From NCBI GenBank assembly GCA_948466335.1, contig CAOKAE010000004.1, forward strand, positions 1,342 to 65,341: a DNA stretch of 64,000 nt, in the 5' to 3' direction. The position numbers were made by a program, and so were the translations under genes. Shown here piece by piece: positions 61,475 to 64,000 of the stretch; position 1 is the first letter of the stretch, and each line of letters starts with the position of its first letter. The notes below the pieces were generated by a model, which searched no databases, was not told the origin of the DNA, and saw only the letters and a program-made list of their open reading frames with translations. This DNA comes from an uncultured Coriobacteriia bacterium (GTDB lineage Bacteria > Actinomycetota > Coriobacteriia > Coriobacteriales > QAMH01).

Positions 61475-61529
61475 AGGCTATCGCGGCAGTCGACACGGGG
61501 TCAATGAACACAATTGACGAAACGTCAAT
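61475..61529 (-). promoter_or_regulatory. Promoter with two TTGAC-N5-GTCAA type dyads
   Basis: Perfect ATTGACG-AAA-CGTCAAT (61513-61529) and degenerate GTCGAC-N5-GTCAAT (61489-61505), the latter overlapping -35 TTGACC; -10 TAGCCT at 18-bp spacing. Confidence 0.65.
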
Positions 61530-61546
61530 GAGACGCAGGCAGGCAA

Positions 61547-61579
61547 ATGAGACAATTTGGTCAGACACATTTGTCTCAT
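61547..61579. repeat. ATGAGACA palindrome copy R12 (33 bp)
   Basis: ATGAGACAATT-TGGTCAGACAC-ATTTGTCTCAT. Confidence 0.95.
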
Positions 61580-61587
61580 TGCGCAGG

Positions 61588-63087
61588 TCACAGAACGTGT
61601 AGCGAGAATGTGCCCGCATCGTCGTCCTCGCGCTCGAGATGCCAGCGGATGTCCGTCGTTCTCTCGAGCAGGCGCTCGTCGTGACTCACGAGCAGCAAGG
61701 CCCCCGGATAGGCCACGAGCACGCGCTCCAGGGCTTCGATGGAACCAAGGTCCAGGTGATTGGTGGGTTCGTCCATGGCTATGAGCACCGGCCGGTACAA
61801 GATGCCCTGCGCGAGCATGAGCTTGCGCATCTCGCCCGGGCTCAGCTCGTCCCCATCCAGGATACGGTCGGGATCGGAGTTGAGCTGCGCCACGATGGAG
61901 AGTACGCGCCCACGCTCGCTGCGCGACATGTCGCCCAGCGCCTTCATGATGTGGGCAGCCTGTTCGGCCTCGACTTCCTGCGGAATATACAAAACACGCA
62001 GGTCATCTGGCACTGCCATCATAAGGGCAGCGAGCAGCGTCGTCTTGCCGCTGCCGTTGATGCCGGCGATACCGATGTGCTCGGCATTGCCCACCGCAAG
62101 GTCCGGCACATGGAGCCGATGGTCACCGCGCGTCAGGTCGCAAGCCTCCATGCGCACGAGCACCTTGCGCGAGCTTGCCTCGGCGTCCATCCAGATATCG
62201 CCCGCGTACTCCTTGCTCACGCGCGCATCATCGAGCGCTTGTTGCGCTTTTTTGAGACGCGAATCCATGCGCGTGGAAAGCTTGCCGGCAACACCGTCTT
62301 TCCCGGTATACACGGCTAGCTTGATACGCCCCTTGCCATCATGATCCTTCGCATCGAGGTTTCGGGCGCTTCGCTTTGCAGCCGACTTGCTCGCCTCGTT
62401 ACGCCGGCGCGCGGCCTCCGCTTGAAGGCGCGATACCTCGCGCTTGGCATCCTGCCTCTGCCGTTGCGCGCTCGTGGCTTCACGCGCTGCCTGGCTCCTC
62501 ACCTGCGTATAGCTGCCCGGGCGCATGATGACGCCTGAGCCTTCAAAACACAGGCATTGGGTGACGAGCCCATCGATAAGCTCGCGATCGTGGGATATCA
62601 GCAAGCCAACGCTCTGATAGCTCGCAAGCGCCTGGGCGATAGCATGACGCGTGCGTACGTCCACGTGGTTGGTCGGCTCGTCCATGACGAGTAGGTCCGG
62701 CTCTTCCCAGAGCGCGACGGCGACCTGCAAGCGCTTTTGCTGGCCGCTTGAAAGCGTGCCGAAGCGCCAGGGCCAGTCGTCCTCGATACCGAGCGCCGCA
62801 CGCAATCGCACGACATGCTGTTCCCACGAGCATGCGAACTCTTCGAGCCGGGCAGGGGCAATGGCGGCGTCTTGCTCGCAGTACGCGACAACGAGCCCCG
62901 TCGGAGAGACCGCTCCGCTATCAGGTGAAAGCAGGCCAGCCGCGATGCGGGCAAGGGTGCTCTTACCGCAGCCGTTATTGCCGATGATGCCCGTCCAACC
63001 TCGCGGGAAGACGGCGTTTGCATCCGCAAGCACGGTTTGGGTCGAGCCGGGATAGGAATAGGAAACGTGATTCAGGGTTATCTGCAT
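61588..63087 (-). CDS. ABC-F family ATPase (ribosome-associated)
   Basis: Two NBDs (GNNGCGKS/LSSGQ and GINGSGKT/LSPGE), an Arg/Lys-rich inter-domain linker, no TM segments. Confidence 0.92.
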   Translation of the reverse strand: MQITLNHVSYSYPGSTQTVLADANAVFPRGWTGIIGNNGCGKSTLARIAAGLLSPDSGAVSPTGLVVAYCEQDAAIAPARLEEFACSWEQHVVRLRAALGIEDDWPWRFGTLSSGQQKRLQVAVALWEEPDLLVMDEPTNHVDVRTRHAIAQALASYQSVGLLISHDRELIDGLVTQCLCFEGSGVIMRPGSYTQVRSQAAREATSAQRQRQDAKREVSRLQAEAARRRNEASKSAAKRSARNLDAKDHDGKGRIKLAVYTGKDGVAGKLSTRMDSRLKKAQQALDDARVSKEYAGDIWMDAEASSRKVLVRMEACDLTRGDHRLHVPDLAVGNAEHIGIAGINGSGKTTLLAALMMAVPDDLRVLYIPQEVEAEQAAHIMKALGDMSRSERGRVLSIVAQLNSDPDRILDGDELSPGEMRKLMLAQGILYRPVLIAMDEPTNHLDLGSIEALERVLVAYPGALLLVSHDERLLERTTDIRWHLEREDDDAGTFSLHVL

Positions 63088-63358
63088 GAGAACCTCGCAT
63101 GATGACAGCGCAGCGCGTCCGCCATCGAAGGCGGCTTGCCGCGAAACGGAATGAGTCATCAACTAGAGGCGCAAGATAGGATCCCCTTCGGCAGAGCTCG
63201 GCATCTTGGCGCGCCACCGCCACCGAGCCAGACAGCGGCCCCATGATAGCACAGGGGGCGCGCTGGCGAGCGCCCGCAGGAGATGGGTCAAATGGTCAAC
63301 TTTCCACTATATGATATAATCCTATTATTATCATTAGTCTAATAGATGGAGATATCCT

Positions 63359-64000
63359 ATGAATAAACCCGATTCCGCCGTGCTCGACATCATCAATCGT
63401 GCCTGGGAAGGCATGGCTCCCACGCAGGAAGAGCAGGCCAAGCTCCTCGCTCTGCCGCCCTTTTCCGCCGAAGCGTGCGCCGTGCGAGGGGCTGCCGATG
63501 GCATCATGCGCCAACGCACGAACAATGCCGCCGTGCTCTTTGCCCAGATTGGCTATTCCTGCCATCCGTGTCCTGCCAATTGCAGCTTCTGCTCGTTCGC
63601 AGAGGACTATACGCAGATACAGGCTTTTACGATGAGCGATGAGGAAATCGTCGCCGCCACGAAGAGCTTTACCCAGGACGGCGACCTCTATGGCTTGTGG
63701 ATCATGGCGATGGCCGATTATGATATCGAGGATTACCTACGTGTCATCAGGCTCGTGCGCGAAACCGCACCGGCCTGCACCAACATTTACAGCAACGTGG
63801 GCGATACCTCACGCGAGGACTTCGAGCGCATGAAGGAAGCGGGCATCTCCGGCGTCTACCACATCAGTCGTCTTGGCGAGGGCGAAGTCACCAAGCTCAG
63901 CCCCGAGGCGCGCATGGCAACTATTCAAAATGCCATCGATGCGGGACTTGAGGTTCTTAACGCCGTCGAGCCCATTGGTCCTGAGCACACGCCCGAGGTG
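63359..64000 (+). CDS. Radical SAM protein (BioB/HydE/PylB-like), truncated by the window edge
   Basis: MNKPDSAV.. open to 64000; CPANCSFC (CxxxCxxC) motif; SD GGAGA. Confidence 0.88.
   Translation, partial: MNKPDSAVLDIINRAWEGMAPTQEEQAKLLALPPFSAEACAVRGAADGIMRQRTNNAAVLFAQIGYSCHPCPANCSFCSFAEDYTQIQAFTMSDEEIVAATKSFTQDGDLYGLWIMAMADYDIEDYLRVIRLVRETAPACTNIYSNVGDTSREDFERMKEAGISGVYHISRLGEGEVTKLSPEARMATIQNAIDAGLEVLNAVEPIGPEHTPEV

Noticed and set aside
155-61579. ATGAGACA palindromes as CRISPR repeats
   Set aside because: They are dispersed singles and doublets, not an array; the two linkers resemble each other rather than being unique spacers; no cas genes are present.
38006-64000. Integrative element or prophage at tRNA-Gly
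   Set aside because: No integrase, no phage or conjugation genes, and no duplicated tRNA 3' end seen in the window.

Overview
High-GC bacterial chromosome segment. The gene families (Eggerthella-type molybdoenzyme, DUF5692/TetR, xxTGD-anchored surface proteins) point to Coriobacteriia, probably Eggerthellaceae; this is an inference. Bases 1-38 kb are mostly core genes: asd, purH, typA, an FMN-riboswitch RibU/EcfA module, an aspartate aminotransferase, a LysR-controlled two-subunit molybdoenzyme, an OYE-type reductase, a GntR-ABC operon and two sortase-type surface proteins. This half carries many copies of a 31-33 bp palindromic REP-like repeat at gene 3' ends. After a tRNA-Gly(CCC) at 38.0 kb comes a nearly repeat-free accessory stretch of stress, resistance and toxin-antitoxin genes; no integrase is visible. 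Top leads: (1) two tandem AAA-ATPase/DUF4143 nuclease-fold genes, each preceded by an array of related 16-bp motifs at exact 23-bp period, with the two arrays inverted relative to each other; (2) an 83-aa basic protein with an intrinsic terminator inside its own ORF, located between two RelE-superfamily toxin modules, which is the architecture of ArfA/ArfT/BrfA-type ribosome rescue factors; (3) the palindromic repeat family, which shows compensatory covariation and 55-bp doublets. All calls come from reading motifs by eye; no database searches were run. Start codons were adjusted from the ORF track using SD sites and family N-termini.
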